Positions 38,781-40,133 of a stretch of DNA of 40,133 bases are shown piece after piece (position 1 is the stretch's first letter; the number at the start of each line of letters is the position of its first letter). The DNA comes from Polyangiaceae bacterium (lineage in GTDB: Bacteria; Myxococcota_A; Polyangia; Polyangiales; Polyangiaceae). The notes under the pieces are model-generated. The model searched no databases. It was not told the origin of the DNA and was given only the letters and a program-made list of their open reading frames with translations. The translations under genes were made by a program, and so were the position numbers. Location of the stretch: the NCBI GenBank assembly GCA_043736975.1, contig JAYTBL010000370.1, positions 1-40,133 of the forward strand, in the 5' to 3' direction.

Positions 38781-39884
38781 GTGCGGCCCAAAGTCAACGC
38801 CATCGCCATCGAGGTCACCGCGCACTGCCAGCAGAAGTGCAGCTACTGCTACAACGCCTGGCGCGAGGACAACGGCGCGGGCTTCGAGGCCGGGACGTCG
38901 AAGAAGCTCCTGGGCCGCGTCGACAAGCTCCTGACCGCGCTCGACGTCGATCACGTCACCATCACCGGCGGCGAGCCCTTCGCGCGCAAGGACGTGTTCG
39001 AGCTCTTCGATCTCGTGAAGTCCCACGGCGTGGGCATCCAGGTCATCTCCAACGGCGGACTCGTCGACGATGCCCTGGCCTCGCGCCTCGCGCCCTACGG
39101 CGTCTCCTACGTGCAGGTCACGCTCGACGGGCCGACGAAGGAGCTCCACGAGGCGCACGTCGGTGAGGGCCACTTCGACGCGACGATCCGCGGCATCCGC
39201 GCGCTCGTCGCGCATGGCGTCCCGGTCATCGGCTGCACCGTGGTCACGCGCAAGAACGCGACGCACGTCGGCGCCACCATGGAGCTGTTCCGCTCGCTGG
39301 GCGTGACGGACATCGCGCTCTCGCGCTTCAGCCCCGCGGGGTACGCGGCGCGGAACGCCGCCGAGCTCCTGCCGTCGCGCGAGGACCTCCTGGTCGCGTT
39401 CCGCCAGGCCATCCCGCTCGCGAAGGGTGACGCTGAGCACCGCGCGATGCGTGTAACCTGCACCATGCCGGTCCCGCCCTGCGCGGTGGAGGTCGAGGAG
39501 CTGGCGCCGCTTCGCTTCGGCACCTGCGCCATCGGCACGAGCGCGCAGGAGTTCGCGCTCGGACCGGACGGCAAGCTGCGGCACTGCACGCTGCACGGCA
39601 AGGGCCTCGGCGGCGGCCAGGACGTCCTCGATCCCGAGGTCGATCCCGTCGCTCTCGTCGGCGGCGCCGAGGTCCGCGACTACAAGAAGACGCTGCCCGC
39701 GTTCTGCGAGGGCTGCGCGCACGCGGGGACCTGCGGCGGCGGCTGCGGCGCGGCCTCCGAGTGGGTGCTCGGCTCCCGCGCGCTGCCCGACCCGTTCGTC
39801 TGGCAGCACGTCGACGACGCGTTCGCGAGCAAGCTCGGGGAGGAGCGCCGCACGCCGCGCCGCCGCCTCGAGGTGCTCGCGTGA
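38781..39884 (+). CDS. Radical SAM/SPASM-domain protein (peptide maturase-like)
   Basis: CQQKCSYC (38826-38849), TITGGEP, ISNG and VQVTLDG. SPASM cysteines GTCAIG...DGKLRHC...CEGCAHAGTCGGGC. Start at GTG 38781. Confidence 0.93.
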   Translation: MRPKVNAIAIEVTAHCQQKCSYCYNAWREDNGAGFEAGTSKKLLGRVDKLLTALDVDHVTITGGEPFARKDVFELFDLVKSHGVGIQVISNGGLVDDALASRLAPYGVSYVQVTLDGPTKELHEAHVGEGHFDATIRGIRALVAHGVPVIGCTVVTRKNATHVGATMELFRSLGVTDIALSRFSPAGYAARNAAELLPSREDLLVAFRQAIPLAKGDAEHRAMRVTCTMPVPPCAVEVEELAPLRFGTCAIGTSAQEFALGPDGKLRHCTLHGKGLGGGQDVLDPEVDPVALVGGAEVRDYKKTLPAFCEGCAHAGTCGGGCGAASEWVLGSRALPDPFVWQHVDDAFASKLGEERRTPRRRLEVLA

Positions 39885-39976
39885 GCGACGACGACGCGAA
39901 CGCCGGGCCCGATGCCCCCATCCCGGTACCCTGCCTCTCCATCCGGCCGCCCGCCGAGGACCCGAAGAAGAAGTGA
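39881..39976 (+). CDS. 31-aa peptide with a PVPCLS motif (second putative precursor)
   Basis: MSDDDANAGPDAPIPVPCLSIRPPAEDPKKK. Its GTG overlaps the rSAM stop (GTGA) and its stop overlaps the next GTG (GTGA). Confidence 0.7.
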   Translation: MSDDDANAGPDAPIPVPCLSIRPPAEDPKKK

Positions 39977-40133
39977 CGCGCGACCGAGCGCGCGCCCTGC
40001 TGGTGTGGCCCGGCGGCCTGTTCGCGGGGGGCGCGAACTTCGGCGTGCCCCAGCTGCTCGCCATCGCCGCGGCGATGAAGGCCGCGGGCGACGTCGACGT
40101 CGATGTCATCGACCTCGACGCCGAGCGCGCCTT
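39973..40133 (+). CDS. Probable cobalamin-binding (class B) radical SAM protein, N-terminal fragment running off the window
   Basis: Translated by hand, not in the ORF track: MTRDRARALLVWPGGLFAGGANFGVPQLLAIAAAMKAAGDVDVDVIDLDAERA. It fits the LLxxP...PxxLxxxAA...GxxVxVID start typical of B12-binding rSAM domains. Confidence 0.62.
   Translation, partial: MTRDRARALLVWPGGLFAGGANFGVPQLLAIAAAMKAAGDVDVDVIDLDAERA

Noticed and set aside
39761-39880. Longer 71-aa version of the small PCLS ORF; also the upstream starts at 38473 and 38736
   Set aside because: The extensions overlap the neighbouring gene or promoter and are mostly low-complexity. The starts at 39881, 38512 and 38781 fit better.
38781-39884. 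PqqE, NirJ/Ahb or MftC identity for the SPASM enzyme
   Set aside because: No pqq, heme-biosynthesis or mycofactocin genes are visible. The flanking peptides lack the PqqA ExxxY and MftA IDGxCGVY cores.

Overview
GC-rich, gene-dense bacterial window. The gene content (two Hanks-type Ser/Thr kinases, a PP2C phosphatase, PEGA and Pro-rich proteins, many lipoproteins, deltaproteobacterial-type pilins) suggests Myxococcota, probably Polyangiales; this is an inference. Left to right: partial HMG-CoA lyase; an orphan type III export-gate gene (sctV); PP2C; ddl; Ser/Thr kinase; Flp-type pilin-like protein; nucleoside-type ABC transporter; hutI; nagZ; CAP-domain lipoprotein; a minus-strand type IV pilus locus; rimO; carA; pyrC. 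The pilus locus holds a kinase-PEGA protein, pilR, a sigma-54 promoter with paired upstream palindromes, four pilins, a membrane spermidine-synthase-like protein, a GT-C/TPR glycosyltransferase, a PilG-like protein and an acyltransferase-3. The strongest candidate for an undescribed system is at the right end (38512-40133). It is a tightly coupled operon: an 88-aa peptide with a twin-arginine/lipoprotein-like signal and three PQPCLS repeats, a radical SAM/SPASM enzyme, a hidden 31-aa peptide carrying a fourth PCLS motif, and the start of a probable cobalamin-binding radical SAM protein. Codon style appears to shift near position 2400 inside sctV, so bases 1-2400 may come from a different genome. 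No rRNA, tRNA, CRISPR array or mobile element was recognised.
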